Source: an uncultured Eubacteriales bacterium
Lineage (GTDB): Bacteria > Bacillota > Clostridia > Acetivibrionales > STF1-152
Assembly (NCBI GenBank): GCA_964471145.1
Contig: CAYYGK010000001.1
Span: forward strand, 1 to 41,122
Reading direction: 5' to 3'
DNA: 41,122 nucleotides
How positions within the stretch are numbered: the first letter of the stretch is position 1; the number at the start of each line of letters is the position of its first letter. Positions 7,936 to 15,585 of this stretch are shown one piece after another. The notes under the pieces were generated by a model. It was not told the DNA's origin and did not search any database. It was given only the letters and a program-made list of their open reading frames with translations. The position numbers and the translations under genes were made by a program.

Positions 7936-8670
7936 TTAGTGAAAAACAAGCAGAAATGAAGCGACCGAGAACAGAAGGCTTACAAGTGTTCCCAGCAGAT
8001 AGTATTCCCCGAACTCACGGTCTTTTGATATTCTGCTGTATCTCGCTATTGACTTTGCAGTAAGAACCAGCCCGATTGCAGAATACTGGCCGATGCTCAT
8101 GAAAACAACTATGATTATTCTCTCCAGTGTGCCTATTACGGCACCTGTCTTTCGGTTGTCTTCAATTTCATCTTCAACAGGCTTGAAGTGTGAAAACATC
8201 CTGCGGAAAGTGACATTTGCCGGTTTACCTATAATAAGCAGCAATAATGCCCATTTGAGCAGTGTGGTTTTGTCAATGCCCATAATATTTATTACCTGTG
8301 AGACGGCTTCCAGAATATTTAATGAATTGCCTCTGAGGGTGAAAACGCCTCCCAGCAGCAGGATTGTTATTACATGTGCAGCCTGGTCCAACGCATATAC
8401 CGGCCCGGACGGAGTATTGTAAAGCCTGCACACTGTGAACTTGACAATATCAATCAGCAAATGTATTACTGCTGAAATAAAGACATATGTAAAAAGCTCC
8501 ACATCCCAGAAAAAAGAGGCAACGACTGCTGAGACAACGGCATACACAAGCGAATGCATCAGTACCCGGTGTATTTTCCGGTCTTTGCATTCAGCCAGCC
8601 GGCGAGGCTGAAAATAGTAATCCCCCAGTATGTGAGATGTAAGAAGCAGCAGGCTTAATCCCTCAATCAT
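7936..8670 (-). CDS. DUF3307-like integral membrane protein
   Basis: 244 aa and multi-TM. The N-terminal LLLTSHILGDYYFQ motif is characteristic of DUF3307. It starts 11 nt after the SatD-like gene. Confidence 0.55.
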   Translation of the reverse strand: MIEGLSLLLLTSHILGDYYFQPRRLAECKDRKIHRVLMHSLVYAVVSAVVASFFWDVELFTYVFISAVIHLLIDIVKFTVCRLYNTPSGPVYALDQAAHVITILLLGGVFTLRGNSLNILEAVSQVINIMGIDKTTLLKWALLLLIIGKPANVTFRRMFSHFKPVEDEIEDNRKTGAVIGTLERIIIVVFMSIGQYSAIGLVLTAKSIARYSRISKDREFGEYYLLGTLVSLLFSVASFLLVFH

Positions 8671-8681
8671 TGTCTACCCCT

Positions 8682-9326
8682 TCACGCCATATTTTTAAGT
8701 GCATTCTGTATTTCCCTTTTTGCATACAGGTAATTGTAAAACCCTGAACTGCTCAATGATCTCTGTATCGTTGACTGTGAAACTCCCAGCCTGTTGGCGG
8801 TTTGTGTCTGACTGTCCCCGAAACTCAGGTAGTCGGATATGGCCTCCCTCTGCTTCCTTGTCCATTTCTTTTCAATGAATGAACACAGCGCAAGTGATAC
8901 ATTTACAAGGCGGTCAACGCTGCTTTTTTCAGATTGTATTTTAACGTCAGCATCGCTGCGGGCCTTGCTCTTTTCTGCGTTCTTTAATTCATCTATCATT
9001 TTTCGTGCCCTGTGATAGGCAGGCCCGTCCGTTCCAAAGGGCATATTCCTTTGTATTGCGGTATTAATATCTCCTATCCCTATGCCAAACCGTATACTGA
9101 CAGGAGACATCTTCATCTTTATGCATTCAATTATATCAATAACACTGTCCGGGTTTTCAAGAAGGCCTTGAAATTCATCCCCCAGTGTTATCATGAAGTC
9201 TGATGCAATAAGTTTGTCAAACTTGTTGTTTATATGCTCAAGTATCTGCTTGAGCCTGTTCTGGGCACCGGACCGGTCCTGTATATTCCTTGATCGTATA
9301 ATGTCTCCTATCACAGCACAATACAT
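8682..9326 (-). CDS. SatD-family protein with C-terminal HTH
   Basis: 214 aa. The N-terminal MYCAVIGDIIRSRNIQDR matches the SatD-family signature as I recall it. The C-terminal QTQTANRLGVSQSTIQRSL is HTH-like. Confidence 0.55.
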   Translation of the reverse strand: MYCAVIGDIIRSRNIQDRSGAQNRLKQILEHINNKFDKLIASDFMITLGDEFQGLLENPDSVIDIIECIKMKMSPVSIRFGIGIGDINTAIQRNMPFGTDGPAYHRARKMIDELKNAEKSKARSDADVKIQSEKSSVDRLVNVSLALCSFIEKKWTRKQREAISDYLSFGDSQTQTANRLGVSQSTIQRSLSSSGFYNYLYAKREIQNALKNMA

Positions 9327-9414
9327 ACAGCATCATCCTCTCTCATATGTATATTACAGGAAAGACGTTGGAATTGTCAATGATTATGCATGTATGAGAG
9401 CATGTTATTCAGTC

Positions 9415-9461
9415 ATGCATATACCAATGCATAAGCATGGATTATGCATTGGTATATGCAT
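9415..9461. repeat. Perfect 20-bp inverted repeat with a 7-nt spacer in a divergent promoter region
   Basis: ATGCATATACCAATGCATAA gcatgga TTATGCATTGGTATATGCAT. Five ATGCAT hexamers lie within 9386-9461. Confidence 0.85.
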
Positions 9462-9556
9462 AATATACAGTACCGGGTTGACAGAACAGGGATATTAAAG
9501 CATACTTGAATAGTGAAAACACACACGTCCTATTCAGGGGGTTTAAGGATGTGAAT

Positions 9557-11491
9557 ATGAAAAGAGCGGCATTAATTTTTGCGGTAGTGATAGCTGCAGC
9601 GGCAGGGTGCACCGTGGTTCCTCGGGAAGTTATAAAGACTGATGTTCCCAAAAAGCCGGAAAGAGGGTTTTTTATGGGGGTGCTGCCGGTGCCCGCAGAA
9701 GAGCAGACTTTTGAGGAGGTTTACAAAGAAACATCGACACATTCTGAAATTGTACCGGTATGGGGAAGACCAACTCCCTTCTACAACCTGCCTTCAGACT
9801 TGTCGGGCAGCTGGGGGGAAACCTTTGTGGAAGGATACACAAGGCAGAATGGCATGGTGCCCATGATAAGCATGTCATTTATGGACAGAGGGCTGACCCT
9901 TGCAATACCTCCCGGCATGGATGGTGCATCATTAAGCAGCAAAGATTGGAGAGACAGTTATATAGAGGCAGCGGTTGAAGCGGTTAAGGCCGCAAGGCCC
10001 CAATTCTTGTCGGCAGGCAATGAGGTTAACCGCTGGTATGAGAAATACGGCGGGGGAACTGAAGACCCCAACGGATTCGGACACTTTGCAAGCCTGTATG
10101 AGGAAGTTTATGATGCTGTAAAGAAGGTATCGCCTGACACTCTTGTGTTTTGTACATTTTCACGTGAAATTGTTTCGGAAAACAGAGAGGCAGACCTTGC
10201 AGCAGTTGATATGTTTAAGCCCCACAAGATGGACATGCTTGTTTTCACAAGCTATCCGCACTCGGTAAGAGGAATAAACAGGCCTGGGGACATCCCGGAA
10301 GATTACTATTCCAGAGCTGCTGACTGTATGCCAGGCAAGGCGTTCGGTTTCAGTGAAATTGCATGGCCGTCAAGAAGTGAGTTTGGCGGAGAAAGTGCTC
10401 AGGCAGAATTTCTTTATATGGTTTCAACCCCTCTTACACGAAGCAGGGGTATTAAGCTTGAGATGATAATGTGGCCGTGGCTTACAGATCTTGATAACAG
10501 CGACTTTATCGGTCTTTTAGGAAGGGACGGGACTAAGAAGCCTGCGTTCAGGGTCTGGAAGAACCTGTACCTGAGCAGGGGGATTAACGGGATAAGACTG
10601 AGGGAAACCTCAATATCCCGGCACAAGGTAAAAATGGGACCTGAAAGTGACAGCTTTCCTCCAATACTGAACTATGATGGATGGAAAACTCCCGTACCTA
10701 TGCCGGGAGAGGTAAACACTCCGGGAGGAGAGGACTCCCCCTTTATAACAAATGACGGTAAAGACTTCTACTTCTTCTTTACCCCTGATACCGATGTGGC
10801 TGTTGAAAAACAGGTGATTGACGGGGTGACAGGCACCTGGATGGTCTCTATGACGAATGACGGATGGACAAAACCCCAAAGGGTTGTACTGCATGATGAT
10901 GCGGCAATGGACGGGTGTACATACGTAAACGGGGATATAATGTGGTTTGCATCTGTAAGGGCGGGCAATTACGGGGAGATTGACATCTATACAGCAAGGC
11001 TTGTGGATGGCAGATGGACCGATGTAAGCAATGCAGGAGAGCAGCTCAACAGTGATTATGACCTGGGGGAGTTCCACATAACTGCAGACGGACAGGAGAT
11101 GTACTGCGGCGGATCGCAAAAATGGGAGGATTTTGAGGGCAAGGACATATATGTGCTAAAGAAGACAGGGGATGGATGGAGCCCGCCTGTAGTTCTGCCT
11201 GCACCGGTAAACACCAGGAAGTATAATGAGGACCAGCCATTTATCAGCACCGACGGGACAGAGCTTTGGTTTACGGGACAGAGCAGGCTTGGTCATCCCG
11301 GCCCTGCTGTTTTCAGGTCAGAGAGGATGCCTGACGGAAGCTGGGGAGAGCCTGATGAGGTAATATCACGCTTTGCGGGGGAGCCCACAGTTGATGATGC
11401 AGGAAACATATACTTTGTACACCACTTTTTTACCAGGGATATGAAGATGATAGAGGCTGATATATATGTGGCATACAAAAAGAAAAAATGA
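9557..11491 (+). CDS. Lipoprotein: clan GH-A-like TIM-barrel glycoside hydrolase domain fused to TolB-like (PD40) beta-propeller repeats
   Basis: Signal peptide with lipobox MKRAALIFAVVIAAAAGC. Candidate catalytic Glu pair in AGNEVNRWYE and FSEIAWPS. The C-terminal repeats are SPFITNDGKDFYFF, EFHITADGQEMYC, QPFISTDGTELWFT and EPTVDDAGNIYFV. Confidence 0.65.
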   Translation: MKRAALIFAVVIAAAAGCTVVPREVIKTDVPKKPERGFFMGVLPVPAEEQTFEEVYKETSTHSEIVPVWGRPTPFYNLPSDLSGSWGETFVEGYTRQNGMVPMISMSFMDRGLTLAIPPGMDGASLSSKDWRDSYIEAAVEAVKAARPQFLSAGNEVNRWYEKYGGGTEDPNGFGHFASLYEEVYDAVKKVSPDTLVFCTFSREIVSENREADLAAVDMFKPHKMDMLVFTSYPHSVRGINRPGDIPEDYYSRAADCMPGKAFGFSEIAWPSRSEFGGESAQAEFLYMVSTPLTRSRGIKLEMIMWPWLTDLDNSDFIGLLGRDGTKKPAFRVWKNLYLSRGINGIRLRETSISRHKVKMGPESDSFPPILNYDGWKTPVPMPGEVNTPGGEDSPFITNDGKDFYFFFTPDTDVAVEKQVIDGVTGTWMVSMTNDGWTKPQRVVLHDDAAMDGCTYVNGDIMWFASVRAGNYGEIDIYTARLVDGRWTDVSNAGEQLNSDYDLGEFHITADGQEMYCGGSQKWEDFEGKDIYVLKKTGDGWSPPVVLPAPVNTRKYNEDQPFISTDGTELWFTGQSRLGHPGPAVFRSERMPDGSWGEPDEVISRFAGEPTVDDAGNIYFVHHFFTRDMKMIEADIYVAYKKKK

Positions 11492-11533
11492 AATCAGGCA
11501 GTCAAACAGAACTGCTGACGGGGGTCTGTTCAA

Positions 11534-12703
11534 ATGAAAAAAAATGTTGCGGCTGTTTTCGTGATGACTGCTGTGGTCTGCATATGTTTTGCGGTTATCA
11601 TTGTTAACGTGTATTGTGAGGACAGCATTGAACAGGCCGAACAGCAACAGCTTGAGTACCACAGAGCCAGGGTACTCAATGTTATTAAGCATGAAGACAC
11701 CCGGACTGAATACTCGGGAGGGGTTCTGGTATCAAACATTCAGCTGGTTGATGCCCTTATTCTCAAAGGGCAGCACAAGGGAGAGGTAGTGCGTGCCGAG
11801 TATGTGCTCAATTACGGATTCAGCGAAAAATATAAATCGATACAGCTTTCAAAAGGTGACGAGGTGCTGCTGTTTCTCGAGGAGGATGACAGGGGCAAAG
11901 TACAGAAGGCATACGTTGCCGAAATAGCAAGAGACAGGTTTATCCTGTATCTTGTTGCGGGATTTCTGATACTGCTGATAGCAGTCGGAAGGTTAAAGGG
12001 CGTGAAAGCAGTAATATCCCTTGCTTTGACAGCTGCTGCAGTATTCTTTGTTCTTCTTCCTGCAATACTTGACGGCTGGGACCCTGTTATTGTTTCGGTA
12101 GGTGTGTGTGTTGCCGTAATTTGCATTACCTTGATTATTATAGGTGGATTTAACCGCAAGACTTTTTCTGCTGTTGCAGGTACTACAGGGGGTGTTGTAG
12201 CTGCCGGAGTCATAGCCCTCATTATTGGTTCTCTTGCAAAACTGACGGGGTTTGGCGATAATGAATCACAGATGCTTATGTACATACCCCGGGAAATCCA
12301 TTTTGATTTCAGGGGACTGCTGTTTGCGGGGATAATTATCGGGGCTATGGGCGCAACTATGGATGTGGGAATGACTATTGCATCGGCAATGCATGAAATA
12401 AAGGCCAACAGCCCTGACATAAAGACCGCCGCTCTTATAAGGGCGGGCATGAATGTGGGAAGGGACGCCATGGCAACAATGGCAAATACGCTTATACTTG
12501 CCTATGCGGGAGGTTCCCTGCATCTTATGCTGCTGCTGTTTGCATACAGGACGCCTTTTTCACATGTCATCAACTGGGACATGATTGCCTCCGAGGTGCT
12601 AAGGGCTATTGCCGGCAGCATAGGTATCGTATTTACAATACCAATAACTGCTTTTGCCGCAGCACTTGTTGAAGAGTACAGGAAAATGGAGTATAATTTC
12701 TAG
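11534..12703 (+). CDS. YibE/F-family membrane protein
   Basis: 389 aa. An N-terminal TM helix and an extracytoplasmic domain are followed by a polytopic region with GAMGATMDVGMTIASAMHEI, which is typical of YibE/F. Confidence 0.6.
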   Translation: MKKNVAAVFVMTAVVCICFAVIIVNVYCEDSIEQAEQQQLEYHRARVLNVIKHEDTRTEYSGGVLVSNIQLVDALILKGQHKGEVVRAEYVLNYGFSEKYKSIQLSKGDEVLLFLEEDDRGKVQKAYVAEIARDRFILYLVAGFLILLIAVGRLKGVKAVISLALTAAAVFFVLLPAILDGWDPVIVSVGVCVAVICITLIIIGGFNRKTFSAVAGTTGGVVAAGVIALIIGSLAKLTGFGDNESQMLMYIPREIHFDFRGLLFAGIIIGAMGATMDVGMTIASAMHEIKANSPDIKTAALIRAGMNVGRDAMATMANTLILAYAGGSLHLMLLLFAYRTPFSHVINWDMIASEVLRAIAGSIGIVFTIPITAFAAALVEEYRKMEYNF

Positions 12704-12736
12704 GCAAAAAAATACATTAAAACATAACATATTACA

Positions 12737-12765
12737 TTGATATATACCGGATAATACAATATAAT
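12737..12765 (+). promoter_or_regulatory. Candidate promoter TTGATA-17-TATAAT for the B12 riboswitch and importer
   Basis: TTGATA at 12737-12742, a 17-nt spacer, TATAAT at 12760-12765. Confidence 0.5.
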
Positions 12766-12788
12766 TATAGCTACAGTTTCATAATATT

Positions 12789-12942
12789 TGCAGGCGCCGG
12801 GAGCCATACCGGTTAAAAGGGAAGACAGGTGAAATTCCTGCGCGGTCCCGCCGCTGTAAAAGAGGAGTTCCTCATTAATGCCACTGTCATTGACGGGAAG
12901 GCATGAGGGATGTGGATGCTTGAGCCAGAAGACCTGCCTGCA
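12789..12942 (+). promoter_or_regulatory. Cobalamin (B12) riboswitch aptamer
   Basis: AAGGGAAGACAGGTGAAATTCCTGCGCGGTCCCGCCGCTGTAA core, GCCACTG, and the B12 box AGCCAGAAGACCTGCC (12923-12938). A P1 helix can form between TGCAGGC (12789-12795) and GCCTGCA (12936-12942). Confidence 0.9.
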
Positions 12943-12994
12943 ACAATACACCGGGACTCTACGGTTGATAGAGGGGTGCTTGAATGTGGTGAAT

Positions 12995-13036
12995 AAACCT
13001 CTTGGGCATTTGTGCCGGGGAGGTTTTTTTGTTTTG
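12995..13036 (+). terminator. Riboswitch expression-platform intrinsic terminator
   Basis: In AAACCTCTTGGGCAtttgTGCCGGGGAGGTTT, AAACCTC pairs with GAGGTTT and GGCA pairs with TGCC. The run TTTTTTTGTTTTG follows. Confidence 0.7.
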
Positions 13037-13071
13037 TATCACAGAAGAAACTTATTAAAGGGGAGATTGGT

Positions 13072-14541
13072 ATGATTGCAAAAAAGTACAGGATAGTGGC
13101 CGTGTTTTGTGTAATTGTGTTGCTGCTGGTTTCAATGCCTTCAGGTGCAGCGGCTGCAGATGGGATAGGTGTCAGCATAAACGGCACGGAAGTTGTTTTT
13201 ACTGATGCACAGCCATATATGGCGGGAAATGTTGTAATGCTGCCGCTGAGGGCGGTTTGTGAGGCGCTGGGTTCCAATGTGGGATGGAACGGCAAAGAAA
13301 AGATGGTGAGCATCATCAGGGGCACCGATACTGTTGAGCTCAAACAGTTCAGCCGGTATGTCTATGTAAACGGCAGCGCAAAATACATGAGCATGCCTGC
13401 CGATTCAAAAAACTGGAGGACATATGTACCTCAGGATTTTATTGAAACCGTATACGGGGTACAGGCTTTATATGACAGCGATAAAGGACAGGTTTCAATT
13501 GACTTTGAAGCATTTCCGGTGTATTACTCAGATTCGTTCAGCATTGAATACCTGGGCAACGGCTGCAAGATTGTTACCGACGGCGAAGGGCGAAGGCTCC
13601 TTCTGGTTAACAGTGGAAATCAGGCCCCTGATGGAGTATCAGCGGATGCAGAAATTGAAATACCGCTGCAGAATGTAATGGCGGCATCTTCTACACATGT
13701 GGGACCGCTTTTAAAGCTCGGTGTGCTGGACAGTGTAAAGGCCGTGACAACATCCGAACCCAGCTGGTATATTCCTGAAGTAAATGATGCAATTAAGGAC
13801 GGAAAAATACAGTTTGTCGGCGGAGAATTCACAGGACAGCCGGACTATGAACTGGTAACAGCAATAAATCCTGAGGTGAGTTTTGTGTATACAGGGACTT
13901 ACGGACAGCAGCCGCTAATTGAAAAACTCGGTGAACTTGGACTGGAATATGCTGTTAACAATGAGTACATTGAGTCACATTATCTAGGCAGGATGGAATG
14001 GATAAAGTTCATGGGAGCATTCTATAACAAGGAACTGGAAGCCGAAAAACTCTTAAATAATGCGATACGCTATATAAACAATGTGAGAGAAACCATAAAT
14101 GGACTTGAAAAACCCAAAGTGGCATGGGGCTCATCATACCAGGGAACAGTATATGTACCTGACGCCGATTCCTTTATAGGTAAGTGCATAGAAATAGCCG
14201 GGGGTGACTATTTGTTCAGTGATTTGGGAGTGGGCAGTACAGGTACTACAGCGGTTACTATGGAGGAGTTCTACGCAAAGGCAAAAAATTCAGATGTGTT
14301 TATATACTCATCAATGGCAGCATTTATGCCCAACCCTTCTGTTGAAGGCATAATAGAGGAGAATTCGCTTTTTGCAGATATCAGGGCTGTAAAGAACGGG
14401 AATGTATGGGTTTATGCACCCGACTGGTTCCAGACAATTGCTGATACACATATTATTGTGCATGATATAGCAGCTATATTCCATCCGGAAGCATTTGAAG
14501 ACAACTGGGTATACAAGCTGCTTAAGCTTCCAATGGAATAA
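13072..14541 (+). CDS. Secreted ABC substrate-binding protein (BtuF/FecB-type periplasmic binding fold) with an N-terminal copper-amine-oxidase-like stalk domain
   Basis: The ATG at 13072 lies 7 nt after GGGGAG. The signal peptide ends AAAADG. INGTEVVFTDAQPYMAGNVVMLPLRAVCEALG is a Cu_amine_oxidN1-type domain. The C-terminal roughly 330 aa is binding-protein-like. It sits downstream of the B12 riboswitch. Confidence 0.8.
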   Translation: MIAKKYRIVAVFCVIVLLLVSMPSGAAAADGIGVSINGTEVVFTDAQPYMAGNVVMLPLRAVCEALGSNVGWNGKEKMVSIIRGTDTVELKQFSRYVYVNGSAKYMSMPADSKNWRTYVPQDFIETVYGVQALYDSDKGQVSIDFEAFPVYYSDSFSIEYLGNGCKIVTDGEGRRLLLVNSGNQAPDGVSADAEIEIPLQNVMAASSTHVGPLLKLGVLDSVKAVTTSEPSWYIPEVNDAIKDGKIQFVGGEFTGQPDYELVTAINPEVSFVYTGTYGQQPLIEKLGELGLEYAVNNEYIESHYLGRMEWIKFMGAFYNKELEAEKLLNNAIRYINNVRETINGLEKPKVAWGSSYQGTVYVPDADSFIGKCIEIAGGDYLFSDLGVGSTGTTAVTMEEFYAKAKNSDVFIYSSMAAFMPNPSVEGIIEENSLFADIRAVKNGNVWVYAPDWFQTIADTHIIVHDIAAIFHPEAFEDNWVYKLLKLPME

Positions 14542-14556
14542 CAGGGGGGGATTGCC

Positions 14557-15585
14557 ATAAAAAATGCACATGCACACCGCAGCAGGTACCTGCTTATTTT
14601 TATATTTCTTATATGTACGCTGTTTCTTGTTTTTCTGCTTAATGTTGGCAGGGGTACCATTAAGATAAGCATCAGCGAGGTTGCGGAAATACTGGTAAAT
14701 AACATAAGGGATGACTCAACAAACTCCGTTATCATATGGAAGATAAGGCTGCCGCGTGCCCTTGCCGCTATGATGGGCGGTGCTGCTATTGCTGTTTCAG
14801 GCCTTCTGCTGCAGATATTTTTTAAAAATCCCATTGTAGACTCATATGTGCTTGGAGTTTCTTCAGGCTCAACACTTTTTGTTGCGCTGTTCATGCTGGG
14901 GGGCATCACGCTGGGGCTTCAAAAACTGTCCCCCGGTTACATGTTTATAGGGGCTTTTGTTGGTGCCCTTGCAGTAACACTTATTATTCTGGCATTTGCT
15001 TATGTTGTCAGAAACGCTGTGACCCTTCTTGTCATCGGGCTGATGATAGGCTACCTGTGTTCTGCCGCAACAGGCCTTCTTATGACGTTTGCCGACAGGG
15101 AAAAGGTAAAAGGTTTTGTAATGTGGACGATGGGCAGCTTTGCAGGCTTTACATGGCAGAGCGTTAAAATACTTGTACTGATTGGTATACTGTTCATGCT
15201 GCTGGCATTTATAATATCAAAGCCCCTTAATGCCTTTCTGCTTGGTGAGAACTATGCAGGAAGCATGGGGGTAAACATAAAGATTTTCAGGGTATTTATT
15301 GTTACCGTATCCAGTGTACTTACCGCTGCAGTAACCGCATATGCTGGTCCTGTTGCGTTTATAGGGATGTCGGTTCCGCATATGGCGAGGCTTTCCCTGG
15401 GGACATCCGACAACAGGGTGCTTGTACCTGCTGTAGTACTGCTTGGAGGGATAGTCACAGGACTCTGCGACCTTGCTGCCCGGTCGCTTTTTGCTCCGGT
15501 TGAGCTGGCAATAAGCACCGTTACATCATTTTTCGGCGTACCGGTGGTTATTTATCTGCTGCTGAGGAGGAAGACGGTCCTATGA
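14557..15585 (+). CDS. FecCD/BtuC-family ABC permease (start codon unresolved, see findings)
   Basis: The conserved IRLPRALAAMMGGAAIAVSGLLLQIFFKNP and TM1 (RYLLIFIFLICTLFLVFLL) lie upstream of the first ATG at 14770. The frame is open back to the TAA at 14539, with no in-frame ATG, GTG or TTG. ATA at 14557 lies 6 nt after AGGGGGGG. Confidence 0.8.
   Translation: MKNAHAHRSRYLLIFIFLICTLFLVFLLNVGRGTIKISISEVAEILVNNIRDDSTNSVIIWKIRLPRALAAMMGGAAIAVSGLLLQIFFKNPIVDSYVLGVSSGSTLFVALFMLGGITLGLQKLSPGYMFIGAFVGALAVTLIILAFAYVVRNAVTLLVIGLMIGYLCSAATGLLMTFADREKVKGFVMWTMGSFAGFTWQSVKILVLIGILFMLLAFIISKPLNAFLLGENYAGSMGVNIKIFRVFIVTVSSVLTAAVTAYAGPVAFIGMSVPHMARLSLGTSDNRVLVPAVVLLGGIVTGLCDLAARSLFAPVELAISTVTSFFGVPVVIYLLLRRKTVL

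Noticed and set aside
9386-9461. The repeated ATGCAT-containing units, considered as a possible CRISPR or tandem-repeat array.
   Set aside because: There are only two 20-bp arms, in inverted and not direct orientation. There are no spacers of CRISPR length and no cas genes. It is treated as a palindromic regulatory element.
11812-12471. 219-aa ORF antisense to the YibE/F gene. Similar long antisense ORFs lie at 12813..13343, 10610..11119, 28784..29371, 31567..32097, 32502..33041 and 24727..25209.
   Set aside because: Each lies wholly inside a well-supported sense gene with clear family motifs. Their translations are low-complexity (Ser/Pro/Ala/Ile-rich) with no recognisable motifs and no SD. 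They are shadow ORFs.
13012-13071. ORF-track N-terminal extension (MPGRFFCFVSQKKLIKGEIG) of the binding protein.
   Set aside because: This stretch is the riboswitch terminator stem and T-run. The ATG at 13072 has a proper SD and begins a normal signal peptide.
14564-14666. Small ORF MHMHTAAGTCLFLYFLYVRCFLFFCLMLAGVPLR starting at the only ATGs after the G-rich SD.
   Set aside because: It is out of frame with the conserved permease sequence and has no recognisable features. It is more likely an alternative-frame artefact. It is kept only as a possible indel explanation in the permease start-codon finding.
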